From an uncultured Christensenella sp. (lineage in GTDB: Bacteria > Bacillota > Clostridia > Christensenellales > Christensenellaceae), in assembly GCA_964464145.1 (NCBI GenBank), contig CAYXFB010000001.1, positions 55,132-119,131 of the forward strand: a DNA stretch of 64,000 nucleotides. Reading direction: 5' to 3'. Positions 16,851-26,107 of the stretch are shown in pieces (within the stretch, counting starts at the first letter, position 1; every line of letters begins with the position of its first letter). The position numbers and the translations under genes are program-made. The notes under the pieces were generated by a model, which worked only from the letters and a program-made list of their open reading frames with translations, was not told where the DNA came from and made no database searches.

Positions 16851-18075
16851 ATACGTATACGAAATACATGTAAAATGTACCGTACAGATTGAACATAACG
16901 GCAAAGCAGCCCAGCAGCACATCAACGCGGCTGGGCTTTACTGCGCGGCAAAGCAGCAGGTAGACAAGCACAAAAGGTATCATATCCACTGTGTAGCGCG
17001 CGCCAAACTGCCAGCCGCCCAGCGTTTTATGCGCCATGAGCGAGAGCATGGTCGCCGCCAGCCCCGCGCACAGCACCGCTTTTTTCACAGTGAAGCGTTT
17101 TTTCACAACGTCTATGGCTATGTATATGAACCACGAAAGGAATATGGGGTTCGCCACAAAAAACATGAAGCCGTCGAAAGTGGAAAACTCCAGCCGCCCG
17201 TCCGCCGCCAGCGTCACCGGACGCAGGAGGAGGCGGTACAGATTTTCAGGCACGTAGGAAAGCCCGAATTGTTCGCTGCCCTCGGCGGAAAATTCGGGCA
17301 GATAGTTGTGCCCAAACTCCAGCGGGTCGCCAAAGCGGGCGTAATTGTACCAAAGATAGACGGCCGCTATCGCCGCGGGTATTATGAGATATTTAAGGTT
17401 TTTGGCTATGCAGCGCAGCAACGGTTTTTCTTCGCCGTAGTCATCCATGCACATAAAGGCGAACAGCGCGGCGAAAAATATAACGGAAAATGGCCGGCAG
17501 CCCACGGCCAGCGCCACCAGCGCAAGGCAGAGAGCGCGCTTCTTGGTGAGATAGCAAAACACCGACGCAAAGCAGAGCAGCAGATTCAGCCCCTGCGCCA
17601 AAAACCACGCGCCACCCATGGTGGACATCCAAAGCATATTGCTGCCCAGCACGGCGAACACCGCCCAAAACATGGCCGCCGTACTGCTCGCGCCCAGCTT
17701 TTTAAAGCAGAGATAGGCGAAGGTGACGGCCAGCAGCACGATCATCATCATAACGAAATTGTTGGGTGTGTCCCCGCCGAATATTAGCACCAGCGGCAGC
17801 AGCACCACGGAGGGAAAGGGCGGAAAGGAAACGTACCAATCACCCGCGTATTCGGCCAGCTCAAGATAGCTGTAGCCCTGCCCTAGCGACATCTTGCCAT
17901 CCAGCCAGGCCTGCGCCTGCAATGTGTAGCTGTCCAGCTCGTAATGGGCCAGCAGCGTGCCGCCCAAAATATCGTGCATGAAAACATAGCCTATCACAAT
18001 AAGCGCTATACCGCCTATGAATACCCAATCTATATAGCTCAGTCTTCCTGTATCAGATAGCTTCCGTTGTTCCAT
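16849..18075 (-). CDS. polytopic membrane protein, GT-C-like (ArnT/PMT-type glycosyltransferase fold suspected)
   Basis: 408 aa with more than 10 TM segments. Overlaps the upstream CapA-like gene by 37 nt. Family assignment is by architecture only. Confidence 0.5.
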   Translation of the reverse strand: MEQRKLSDTGRLSYIDWVFIGGIALIVIGYVFMHDILGGTLLAHYELDSYTLQAQAWLDGKMSLGQGYSYLELAEYAGDWYVSFPPFPSVVLLPLVLIFGGDTPNNFVMMMIVLLAVTFAYLCFKKLGASSTAAMFWAVFAVLGSNMLWMSTMGGAWFLAQGLNLLLCFASVFCYLTKKRALCLALVALAVGCRPFSVIFFAALFAFMCMDDYGEEKPLLRCIAKNLKYLIIPAAIAAVYLWYNYARFGDPLEFGHNYLPEFSAEGSEQFGLSYVPENLYRLLLRPVTLAADGRLEFSTFDGFMFFVANPIFLSWFIYIAIDVVKKRFTVKKAVLCAGLAATMLSLMAHKTLGGWQFGARYTVDMIPFVLVYLLLCRAVKPSRVDVLLGCFAVMFNLYGTFYMYFVYV

Positions 18076-19703
18076 TGCTCCGCTCCATCTCCCCCGCCTC
18101 CGCTGATGCCGGAAGCCAGCTGCGTTCCCACCGCCTGTGCGATACGCGCGGCCGATTGCGAGCCGCCGTCTTTTATGGGAAGCGCCACATACCGGGCGCC
18201 CTCATATTCGGAAAATACTACGCAGGGCGTATAATTTGCCGTTTTCACCTGCACGCCGTCCTCCCCGCGCTCAAGCTCCAAATTCAGTATTATGCCGTCC
18301 GCGTCCTCCGCGCTGGTAAGCAGGCTGCCCAGCGAATAGGCACACAACGTGCTTTTTCCGTCCGAGCGCTCTATATACTCCGCCTGCTGCACCATGTACG
18401 GGTGCGCCCCCGCTATAACGTCCACGCCCGCGTCCGCGATGGCGCGGGCCGCAGCACGCTGCGTCTCGCTTACCTGCGGGCCGTCCGCGTTCCAGCTGAT
18501 ATAGGCAATGAGGAACTCCGCGCCCGCCTCCCGCGCGGCTTTTGCGTCCGCCATGACCCGCTCCGCCGAAAGCGGATTTATCATATAGGCGCGCTCCGCT
18601 ACGGATAAAAGCGCCTCGCGCCCGTTCCAAAATTCACTGTAGGAAAGTATGCCCAGCTTTATTCCGTTTGCATTCGCCAGCAAAAAGCGCGGCTGCGCCT
18701 TCTCGGTGAAAATGCCCGTATAGCCGAGCTGCGCCGCAGAAAGCCCCTCCGCCGTTTCGTTTATGCCCTGCGCGCCCATGTCGCAGCTGTGGCCGCCCGC
18801 CGCCGCCACGCCGTCCACACCCGAAGCCGCCAGCGCGTCCAGAAGGGATTGCGGAGCGTTGAAAAGCGGAGCGCCCGCAGGGGGAGCCGCCGCCGCGAAC
18901 GGGAAGGAGCGCGCCACGGGCGTATCAAGATGGCCGACCGCGTAATCCACGCCCGAAAGAATTCCCGCCACCTGCCCAAGCGGCGCGTTAAAGTTGAATC
19001 CGTCCTCCTCGGCCGCCGCCAAGCGCTGCTCGTATGTGCACATAATGTTGCCCGCCAGTGCGAGGGAAGCGTTTTTGCCCTCTCCGCCGTCCTGCGCCCG
19101 GGAGGCTTCTACAGCCTTCTTTTCCGTTATGGTCACCACTATCTCTTCAGCCGCGCCGCCCGATTCCGCGCGTATAGTTGCCTCGCCCGGCCGGTAGGCG
19201 CTCACCAGTCCGCTTGCGCTGACCTCGGCAATGGCGGGGTTGTTGCAGCTCCATACCACCTCGCCGTCCCTCGGGGTTACGCGATAGGCTATTTGCAGCG
19301 TTTCCCCGGGGGTCATCTGCGCATTTTCCGTGAGCAGCTTTATTTCGCCGCCCCCCGTCACAACGCGCACCCAAAGCGCGGCGCTCTTGCCGGAGCCATC
19401 CTCAGCGGCCACCTTTATAACGGCGTTTCCGGGCGCAAACGCACTCACAACACCCGCCGAATCCACCATGGCCACCGCCTCGTTGTCTGAGGAGAAGCTC
19501 AGCGTTTTATTGTACGCAATGGAGGGCGACACCTCCGCCTCTATGCTGAATGTGCCTCCCGCAGTAAGCTCGGCCGTGTCTGCCTTTAGCTTTATGCCGC
19601 TCACTCTGCCCGCAAAAAACACAAGAAAAAACAGGGTAACACAGCACAACGCAACGCCCCCTGCAATAATAACCGCTTTTTGTGATGCGGAATTTTTAAT
19701 CAT
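18039..19703 (-). CDS. CapA/PGA_cap-family protein with an N-terminal TM anchor and two Big_2-like Ig domains
   Basis: Repeated pattern ...SSDNEAVAMVDSAGVVSAFAPGNAVIKV... / ...NNPAIAEVSASGLVSAYRPGEATIRA..., then a CapA-like metallophosphatase region (GVDVIAGAHPYMVQ). Confidence 0.7.
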   Translation of the reverse strand: MIKNSASQKAVIIAGGVALCCVTLFFLVFFAGRVSGIKLKADTAELTAGGTFSIEAEVSPSIAYNKTLSFSSDNEAVAMVDSAGVVSAFAPGNAVIKVAAEDGSGKSAALWVRVVTGGGEIKLLTENAQMTPGETLQIAYRVTPRDGEVVWSCNNPAIAEVSASGLVSAYRPGEATIRAESGGAAEEIVVTITEKKAVEASRAQDGGEGKNASLALAGNIMCTYEQRLAAAEEDGFNFNAPLGQVAGILSGVDYAVGHLDTPVARSFPFAAAAPPAGAPLFNAPQSLLDALAASGVDGVAAAGGHSCDMGAQGINETAEGLSAAQLGYTGIFTEKAQPRFLLANANGIKLGILSYSEFWNGREALLSVAERAYMINPLSAERVMADAKAAREAGAEFLIAYISWNADGPQVSETQRAAARAIADAGVDVIAGAHPYMVQQAEYIERSDGKSTLCAYSLGSLLTSAEDADGIILNLELERGEDGVQVKTANYTPCVVFSEYEGARYVALPIKDGGSQSAARIAQAVGTQLASGISGGGGDGAEQWNNGSYLIQED

Positions 19704-19750
19704 TTACGGCGTCCCTTTCGCCAATATTAACTAGGTTATTTTTCGCGCGG

Positions 19751-20155
19751 CTATTCGCCGCACAGCTCTCCAATGTATGCGCGCTTTAAATTATCCACTA
19801 TGATATCCTGCAAGGATTTGAAATACTTATGCACGGCGCAATCCGGCGCGGCGTTTCGCGAGCAATACATATCGTCCTGCAGGCAGCGGTTTATGCTTAT
19901 GCCGCCCTCCATTATAACAACGATATCAAAGAGGGATATCTTGCTTCCCTTGTCCGCCAAACGATAGCCTCCGTTGCAGCCCTGCACAGATTTAACCAAA
20001 CCCGCCGATTTCAGGCGGCTTATTATCTTCATGAAATAAAGATATGTTATTCCCAACTGCTCAGACATTGTTACGGCGGTCGAAAGCTCCTCGTCATTGT
20101 CATGCATATAACTGAGTATACGTATTGCGTAATCTGTTGCCAATTGTAGCTGCAT
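19751..20155 (-). CDS. Rrf2 family transcriptional regulator (three-Cys cluster motif)
   Basis: MQLQLATDYAIRIL... HTH and C-x7-C-x7-C (CLQDDMYCSRNAAPDC). Start chosen at the ATG matching the family N-terminus. Confidence 0.88.
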   Translation of the reverse strand: MQLQLATDYAIRILSYMHDNDEELSTAVTMSEQLGITYLYFMKIISRLKSAGLVKSVQGCNGGYRLADKGSKISLFDIVVIMEGGISINRCLQDDMYCSRNAAPDCAVHKYFKSLQDIIVDNLKRAYIGELCGE

Positions 20156-20255
20156 AGGCTGCTTTACCCCTCGTTTCGCAAAAAATATTATGTGGCGGCA
20201 ATGAACATCATATTGTATCATTATATCACAACGGCAAAAATAAACAATTACCTGC

Positions 20256-20270
20256 ATACAAATTTTGTAT
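20256..20270. promoter_or_regulatory. perfect 15-nt palindrome, candidate operator
   Basis: ATACAAATTTTGTAT lies in the divergent region between the Rrf2 gene and the 491-aa HTH gene. The half-site ATACAAAT recurs about 30 nt downstream. Confidence 0.3.
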
Positions 20271-20441
20271 TATGCAAATTTCATTCGCGAAAAAATACAA
20301 ATATATGTGACACGACGTGCTAAATGTGATATAACTGTGTTACAATAGTATGAAAAATAGTGTGGCCGCACTCATATGTTTTGATACACCTGACTTCTAT
20401 TTAGACAACATACGTGAAAGCGCATTAGGGAGGGATAAAGG

Positions 20442-21917
20442 ATGCCTGTACAAAATAACACGCCGCTCAGCTACCTTATGGATATGCTATACATACAGGG
20501 TACGCAGCTGGCGAAAATGGTGCACGTCGACCGCACGGTAATAAGCCGCTGGAAGAACGGCCGCACTGAGCTCAGCATGAAATCTGCCTATTTCGACGAT
20601 ATAGTAAATGCCGTACTGGACGTAAACGAACAGCACGGTCTGGGCACACTGGAACGTTTCTTTTCTTCTATAACAAAAAAGACAGTATCCAAGCGCAAGG
20701 ATCTGCACAAGCTGGTATCCTCGTGGCTGGTTTCCAAAGAGTTTGAACGTCAATTCCACGAGGCGGACACTGGCGATCTGTATAGCGCCACATACAAGAT
20801 TTTTCGCGGCGCCTCCGGCAAGCAGGACGCCGTCTCATATATGCTGGACGCTTTGGAGGCTTCGGATGACAAAAGCACGCTTTTGTGCTACGACACCACG
20901 CAGGACGCATACGCATACGAACGCGCCGCCGCGCCCTTGCTGCAGGACCGCATAATAAGCTCCTTTGCCGAGCTGGGCGAGCTCTGCATGATTTTTTTTG
21001 TAAACCGCTCTGCCGATCAGATATTTCAAATGTACAGAAACTGGCTGCCCATATTCTTGATGAGGCACGCCAAGACATACTATACCTACGATACGCAGCC
21101 GCCCTTCTACAATTTTATGTACAGCGTAAAGGGACGGCTTTCCCTGGCGGGCTGCTCTCACGAGCACGACCGCCAAAGCCAATATACCGCCGCGTATGAC
21201 GACCCCATAACTATAGCGCAGATGGAGGCCTCGCTTGAAAACATGGCAAGCGGCCTGCCCCTGCTGTTCAGAAAATTTGAAACCAGGGACGTTTGCCTGG
21301 ACATGCAGGACGCGGAAATGTCCTCCCTGCTTGACAAAAGCAGCGGCCAGTATATAATCCACAACGATCTGCCGCTCATACCCTTCTCTGCGGATGTATT
21401 GGAGCGGGTGATGGCGGATACAGAGCTGGAATTTGCTGAGGAACGCAGATTGCAGGCCTTTTCACAAAACTGCGCGCTGCAAATGCGGCGGGTAGTGGTC
21501 GGTAACGATTTTAACAGGATAGTGATAAGCCAAAGCAGCCTGCTGAATTTGCGGGAAAGCGAAAGGATATTTATATCCTCCCTGTCCTCGCTGCTGGAAA
21601 GGGAGGTTTGGCTGGACAGCCACTATATTCTGCATATGCTGCTTGACAAGCTGGAGGCTTCCCTAAGCGACGTGAACCTGGAGCTGGCGCTCTGCCCCGC
21701 CGGCTTTGAGATCTTCCTCCCCAACAACACTCTTTGGGTGAAAAACCACGGCTTTGCCTATTTAGCGGCCGACCACGACCTGTCCGTGCGCCTTATATCC
21801 AGCGAGTTTATGACCGTGAACGCATTCTATATGGCGGCGGAAAAATATTGGACACGCCTGCCCTATGAATGCAAACAGCGCAAATGGATACGCGAGCAGC
21901 TGGAATCGCTCAGATGA
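20442..21917 (+). CDS. HTH-domain protein with a large uncharacterised C-terminal domain
   Basis: N-terminal XRE-like HTH (GTQLAKMVHVDRTVISRWKNGRTELS). About 420 further aa have no family recognisable by eye. RBS GGGAGGG. Confidence 0.6.
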   Translation: MPVQNNTPLSYLMDMLYIQGTQLAKMVHVDRTVISRWKNGRTELSMKSAYFDDIVNAVLDVNEQHGLGTLERFFSSITKKTVSKRKDLHKLVSSWLVSKEFERQFHEADTGDLYSATYKIFRGASGKQDAVSYMLDALEASDDKSTLLCYDTTQDAYAYERAAAPLLQDRIISSFAELGELCMIFFVNRSADQIFQMYRNWLPIFLMRHAKTYYTYDTQPPFYNFMYSVKGRLSLAGCSHEHDRQSQYTAAYDDPITIAQMEASLENMASGLPLLFRKFETRDVCLDMQDAEMSSLLDKSSGQYIIHNDLPLIPFSADVLERVMADTELEFAEERRLQAFSQNCALQMRRVVVGNDFNRIVISQSSLLNLRESERIFISSLSSLLEREVWLDSHYILHMLLDKLEASLSDVNLELALCPAGFEIFLPNNTLWVKNHGFAYLAADHDLSVRLISSEFMTVNAFYMAAEKYWTRLPYECKQRKWIREQLESLR

Positions 21918-22536
21918 TGTCCGCCTTGCGCGACCGATCTCTGCGTTCTATAGCGTCCGCCGGGCAGTTTTCCACGCACAGGCCGCAGTGCAGGCAGCTT
22001 TGCTGGCCTATGGCGTAGGGCGCGCCCGGCTCTATGCACTGCTGCGGGCATATTTCCGCGCATGTCCCGCAGGCGGTGCACACATCCGTTATTTCGTAGC
22101 CCTTTAACCGCTCCGGCCATCCCCCCAGCAATATGGTCTCGCGGTAAATCGGGCTCTTCGAAAGATCAAAATACTCTCCCTGCCCCTCGCATATGCAAAA
22201 AACGTCCAATATATCACGGCTGGAACCGGAGTAAACCTCCTTCATAGATGGGTTTCCCTCAAAAATAGCATCCAGCAGCGACCGATCCGCCCGCTCCACC
22301 CTTCCGCGCAAGGACAGCATTTCCCAATTTTTGGTCATGCCCGTTATGGCGACAAATTTTTGTTCCATGAGCTGTTCGTAAAACTCTTTGCCGCGCGCCG
22401 TCAAAAAATAGAGCCTGTCCTCCTCCACCAGCATAACGTCCACTATGCGCACGGTGGGTCGCCCGTCCTCTGCTATGGTGGCGAAGGCCATGTCCTTCAC
22501 CTCTCGCATAAGCTTCAAAAAATGTTTTGCTTCCAT
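21910..22536 (-). CDS. pyridoxamine-5'-phosphate-oxidase-like (FMN split barrel) protein fused to a 2x[4Fe-4S] ferredoxin domain
   Basis: MAFATIAEDGRPTVRIVDV... then CTACGTCAEICP and CLHCGLCVENCP. RBS GGAGG before ATG 22536. Confidence 0.8.
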   Translation of the reverse strand: MEAKHFLKLMREVKDMAFATIAEDGRPTVRIVDVMLVEEDRLYFLTARGKEFYEQLMEQKFVAITGMTKNWEMLSLRGRVERADRSLLDAIFEGNPSMKEVYSGSSRDILDVFCICEGQGEYFDLSKSPIYRETILLGGWPERLKGYEITDVCTACGTCAEICPQQCIEPGAPYAIGQQSCLHCGLCVENCPADAIERRDRSRKADII

Positions 22537-22600
22537 GTCGCTCCTCCATAAGTTGATATACACATTTTATTTTATTATATCACCATTTAGCGGCACAGCC

Positions 22601-22634
22601 AAAAAAAACCGCCTCGCGGGGGCGGTTCTTTTTA
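22601..22634. terminator. bidirectional intrinsic terminator
   Basis: A8 - aaccgcc / ggcggtt - cttttt. Confidence 0.7.
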
Positions 22635-22642
22635 TCTGCGTA

Positions 22643-23893
22643 TCAGGTATGCTTTTCTTTAAGCAGTCCCTTTTCAGCGCGTATTTCCTTCATACGCTCC
22701 GTGTAGGGCGGGTTGTATGTGGAGCAGCCCACATTTTCCTGCCGGATCAAAAACTCTATGCAATTATCGCAGGCCGTGCACCATTTTATCTCCTCCTCGC
22801 GCCCCTCCATCATCTTTTTGGCCACGTATGGATCGGCGAAGGATTGGCGCCCCAGGCAGACCATGTCCACCACGCCCTCCTCTATGTTTTTGTTGCCCCA
22901 GAAGCGCAGGCTGTTTTTCTCCGGCGCCACCGCCTGGAAATTTGTTCCCTTGCCGTTGCGGAATATGCTGTAGGCAGAGCCTATCACCGCCGTTTCCTTC
23001 TTTAGATTGTCCCGGCACACCTTTTGGAAATACTGGTGCAAATAGCCGTAATCGGGCAGCTTCTTGTCCGGCTGGGAAAGCGCCAGCGTGTGCGAGGGCG
23101 AACCTGCCGACTGTATAATATACTTTGCGCCGCGCTCTTCCAGCCCCTTTATGAGGTCAATGGATTCCGTGAGGTCCATGACGGCGGTATCCGCGCCCGC
23201 GCAGCCCTGCCCGCCCGGGAAGCCCTCGTATATGGACACCTTGGAGCCCACTATAAAGTTCGGATCGTTCACCTCTTTTATCACGCGCTCCGTCAGATCG
23301 AAGGCGTACTGGCGGCGGTTTTCCCACGCTCCGCCGTATTTCCAGTTGTGTCTGTTGAAGGGGCGGAGTATCTGCGAACCCAGATAGCCGTGGCAGAACT
23401 TGAGGTCCACGCCGTCCGCGCCCGCATCGTGCGCTATTTTGGCGGCCAGCACAAGCTCGTCCATTATGCGCTTTATCTCGTCCTCGCCTATCTGCCGCGC
23501 GTCCTCATAGCCGTAGAGCGGCTGCTCGGTTACGCGTATGCGCTGCGAAAACTCCGGGTGGCTTATCTCTCCCGAGTGCGTCAGCTGAAAAACCAGCACC
23601 ACGTCCTTGTTTATGCCGCGCATATGCTGCACGAAATCCGCGAGTGGCTTTTGGTTGTGCGGCAATATGCTCAACTGGTTTTTACGCGAAATATTGTCGT
23701 ACTGCGCGGTTATGGCCTCCAGATCAATAAAGCCGGAGCCGCCCTCAAAAAGCTTTTCATAGCGCTCGTAGGTGCGCTTTGTGGGGTTTCCCTTGTCGTC
23801 CGCGTCGCAGCACTCCATAGCGTTTATGGCTATGCGGTTTGGCGCGGTCTTGTTGCCTATTTTTATGGGTGTGAACAGCAATTCCTGGGTCAT
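22643..23893 (-). CDS. Old Yellow Enzyme-family NADH:flavin oxidoreductase with a C-terminal 4Fe-4S motif and no FAD/NAD(P)H domain
   Basis: OYE TIM-barrel blocks (PNRIAINAME, QLTHSG, CHGYLGSQ), then C-x2-C-x2-C-x11-C (CTACDNCIEFLIRQENVGC) close to the C-terminus. RBS AAAGGAG. Confidence 0.85.
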   Translation of the reverse strand: MTQELLFTPIKIGNKTAPNRIAINAMECCDADDKGNPTKRTYERYEKLFEGGSGFIDLEAITAQYDNISRKNQLSILPHNQKPLADFVQHMRGINKDVVLVFQLTHSGEISHPEFSQRIRVTEQPLYGYEDARQIGEDEIKRIMDELVLAAKIAHDAGADGVDLKFCHGYLGSQILRPFNRHNWKYGGAWENRRQYAFDLTERVIKEVNDPNFIVGSKVSIYEGFPGGQGCAGADTAVMDLTESIDLIKGLEERGAKYIIQSAGSPSHTLALSQPDKKLPDYGYLHQYFQKVCRDNLKKETAVIGSAYSIFRNGKGTNFQAVAPEKNSLRFWGNKNIEEGVVDMVCLGRQSFADPYVAKKMMEGREEEIKWCTACDNCIEFLIRQENVGCSTYNPPYTERMKEIRAEKGLLKEKHT

Positions 23894-24122
23894 TCTTATC
23901 TCTCCTTTGTTTTTTTCGTAAAAAGATTTGTTATATCTTTTAATACATCTAATATATTGCAGTATTTTCAGCCGGGCAACACCATAAAAACACCTATATA
24001 TTACCAGCATAAAACTAGTATTTTATAAATAAATTTTTCACTTTTTACTAGCAAACGCTTGACTTTTGTACTGGTATAAAATATATTGATACCAGCATAA
24101 CGACATAGAGAGGCACAGCGAC

Positions 24123-25013
24123 ATGGCAGAGCATTCCAAATACAGTTCGGGCTGGCTTTTCACACCCGATTTCAGCAAGGAGCTAACAATAGAGAACGAA
24201 CGGAATTTCTTCGACAGCCCGGACGTTTTCAAGGCTATACTGGAGAGCATACAGGACGGCGTGAGCGTGCTGGATGGTTCGCTGAACATAAGGTATATAA
24301 ACGCCAGCCTGCGCCACACATACGAGGATAAAACATTGTTCCCCGGCCGCAAATGCTACGAATTTTTCCATGCGCGCAGCACCCCCTGCGAGGATTGCCC
24401 CTCGCTGCGCGCGGCACAGAGCAAGCAGCCGGAAACCAGCGTGGTGCGCTATGACCGCCGAAACAACGAGCTTGGCTGGCATCAGCTGTTCGCCATACCT
24501 GTGCTGAACACGCGCGAAGAGGTCATTTTAATAATAGAATACATTCGCGACGTTACCTTTCAAAACAGCATGGCGGAAAACCTCAGCGAGCTGGCGCAGC
24601 GATTTGAGGCACTGGAAAAGCAAAACGAGATACTGCTGGACATATTGAAGCAGAGCGAGCGAAACCGCGACGCGTTGGAGCAGACCATAACGGCCAATGT
24701 GGAGCGCTTCGTTCGCCCCTCGCTGGAATATCTCAAAAAGACGGTGCGCGCGGAGGACGTGGATTTCGTTAACGGCCTCATAACCGAGATAGTTTTCCCC
24801 ATAACAAAAAAGCGGGACAGCGCGATGTCTGCGCTAACCCCGCGTGAGCTGCAGGTGGCCGTGCTGGTGAAGGAGGGCGACACCTCCAAGGAGATCGCCG
24901 CAAAGCTGTGTATAACACAAAAGGCGGTGGATTACCACCGTCTAAACATACGCAAAAAGCTGGGGCTGCCGCGCGAAACAAGCCTGCATACCTATCTGGA
25001 GACGCATCTGTAG
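24123..25013 (+). CDS. PAS-domain / LuxR-type HTH transcriptional regulator
   Basis: PAS-like N-terminus (ILESIQDGVSVLD...), a coiled-coil linker, and a C-terminal LuxR HTH (LTPRELQVAVLVKEGDTSKEIAAKLCITQKAVDYHRLNIRKKLG). Confidence 0.85.
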   Translation: MAEHSKYSSGWLFTPDFSKELTIENERNFFDSPDVFKAILESIQDGVSVLDGSLNIRYINASLRHTYEDKTLFPGRKCYEFFHARSTPCEDCPSLRAAQSKQPETSVVRYDRRNNELGWHQLFAIPVLNTREEVILIIEYIRDVTFQNSMAENLSELAQRFEALEKQNEILLDILKQSERNRDALEQTITANVERFVRPSLEYLKKTVRAEDVDFVNGLITEIVFPITKKRDSAMSALTPRELQVAVLVKEGDTSKEIAAKLCITQKAVDYHRLNIRKKLGLPRETSLHTYLETHL

Positions 25014-25016
25014 ATT

Positions 25017-25697
25017 TTACCGGCTAAGCGATACCTCCACCACCTCGAGCGCGTCGCCCGCCACCGTGAATTTCACTTCGAAATTCTTGTATTCCATGCC
25101 GTAAATACGCTTGGCGTCACTCTGGTAGGCCGGTCTGGGATCCTGCGCCAGCAGCGCGCACAGCACGGCCGCATCTTCCTCGGAAAGCAATTTCCGCCAC
25201 TTTTGATGTATATGCACCTTTAGCAACGGCTCCGCCGGAGCCGCAAAACCTGCGGTGGCCTGCGGATGGCTGTCCGTATAGGGCAGATAGGGTTTTATAT
25301 CGTAGATGGGCGTGCCGTCCAGCATATCCGCGCCCCGCACATATATGAGCGGCCCATTCTCCGCCGCCAGATCTATGCGCGCAAGCTCCACGCTGGATAT
25401 GGCTATACGGTTTGGCCGGTAGGGCGAGCGCGTGGCAAAAACGCCCCTTCTGGCATTGCCGCCCAGTCTGGGCGGGCGCACCGTGGCAGACCATTCCCCG
25501 CCCCGCGCCTGAGAAAATCCCCAAATTATCCATATATGCGAAAAATCCTCCAGGCCGCGCAGTGCCTCGGGGTTCCTGTATTCCGGTTCGAAAATTATGA
25601 CCGCGTCAAGCTGCTCCACCAGTCCGCTCTGCCTCGGTATACCAAATTTAGACGGAAAATCGCTCTTTATACGCGCAATAGTTTTAAGCTCTGCCAT
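25017..25697 (-). CDS. trmO: tRNA (N6-threonylcarbamoyladenosine37-N6)-methyltransferase TrmO (TsaA family)
   Basis: Motifs FGIPRQSG, FSHIWIIW, GVFATRSPYRPN, DGTPIYDIKPY. Confidence 0.88.
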   Translation of the reverse strand: MAELKTIARIKSDFPSKFGIPRQSGLVEQLDAVIIFEPEYRNPEALRGLEDFSHIWIIWGFSQARGGEWSATVRPPRLGGNARRGVFATRSPYRPNRIAISSVELARIDLAAENGPLIYVRGADMLDGTPIYDIKPYLPYTDSHPQATAGFAAPAEPLLKVHIHQKWRKLLSEEDAAVLCALLAQDPRPAYQSDAKRIYGMEYKNFEVKFTVAGDALEVVEVSLSR

Positions 25698-25929
25698 AAC
25701 GGCCGTCCTTTCAAAAAATCGGCTGCCCTCTGCGGCATATTCGCGGCCGCGCAGGCAAACGAAAAGGCGTGTGCATAGAGCCGTAAATCCCCGCCCCCTG
25801 TGCCCATTATATAATAAAAATGGCCGATCATGTCAATCAAATAAGGCATTATGTTAAATTTTTATACGCTTTGTAAAAAATTTATTTACTGCGCGAGAAA
25901 ATATGGTTTGTTATGGTATACTGATATAT

Positions 25930-26070
25930 ATGGAATGTAAGCAATGCAAAACAGAAATGATAAAGCGGGCAAGCAAAGCGCCTGTGCAGGCGGTGCAGGT
26001 TTTTGTGTGCCCCAAATGCGGTACGGTGGTCATTATAGACGCGGACGGCGATGAGAAATGGGAGCCGTGA
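25930..26070 (+). CDS. small zinc-ribbon protein (46 aa), absent from the supplied ORF track
   Basis: MECKQCKTEM...VCPKCGTVV...: CxxC-x20-CxxC. Extended -10 TGgTATACT at 25914-25922 and no SD, so possibly leaderless. Confidence 0.4.
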   Translation: MECKQCKTEMIKRASKAPVQAVQVFVCPKCGTVVIIDADGDEKWEP

Positions 26071-26107
26071 TATGTCTTTTGAGGGACGCGGCATTTAAGG
26101 AGGCAAC

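Noticed and set aside
25882-26094. 70-aa minus-strand ORF
   Set aside because: It has no RBS and an odd composition. The plus strand at the same place encodes a clean CxxC...CxxC zinc-ribbon peptide, which is the better explanation.
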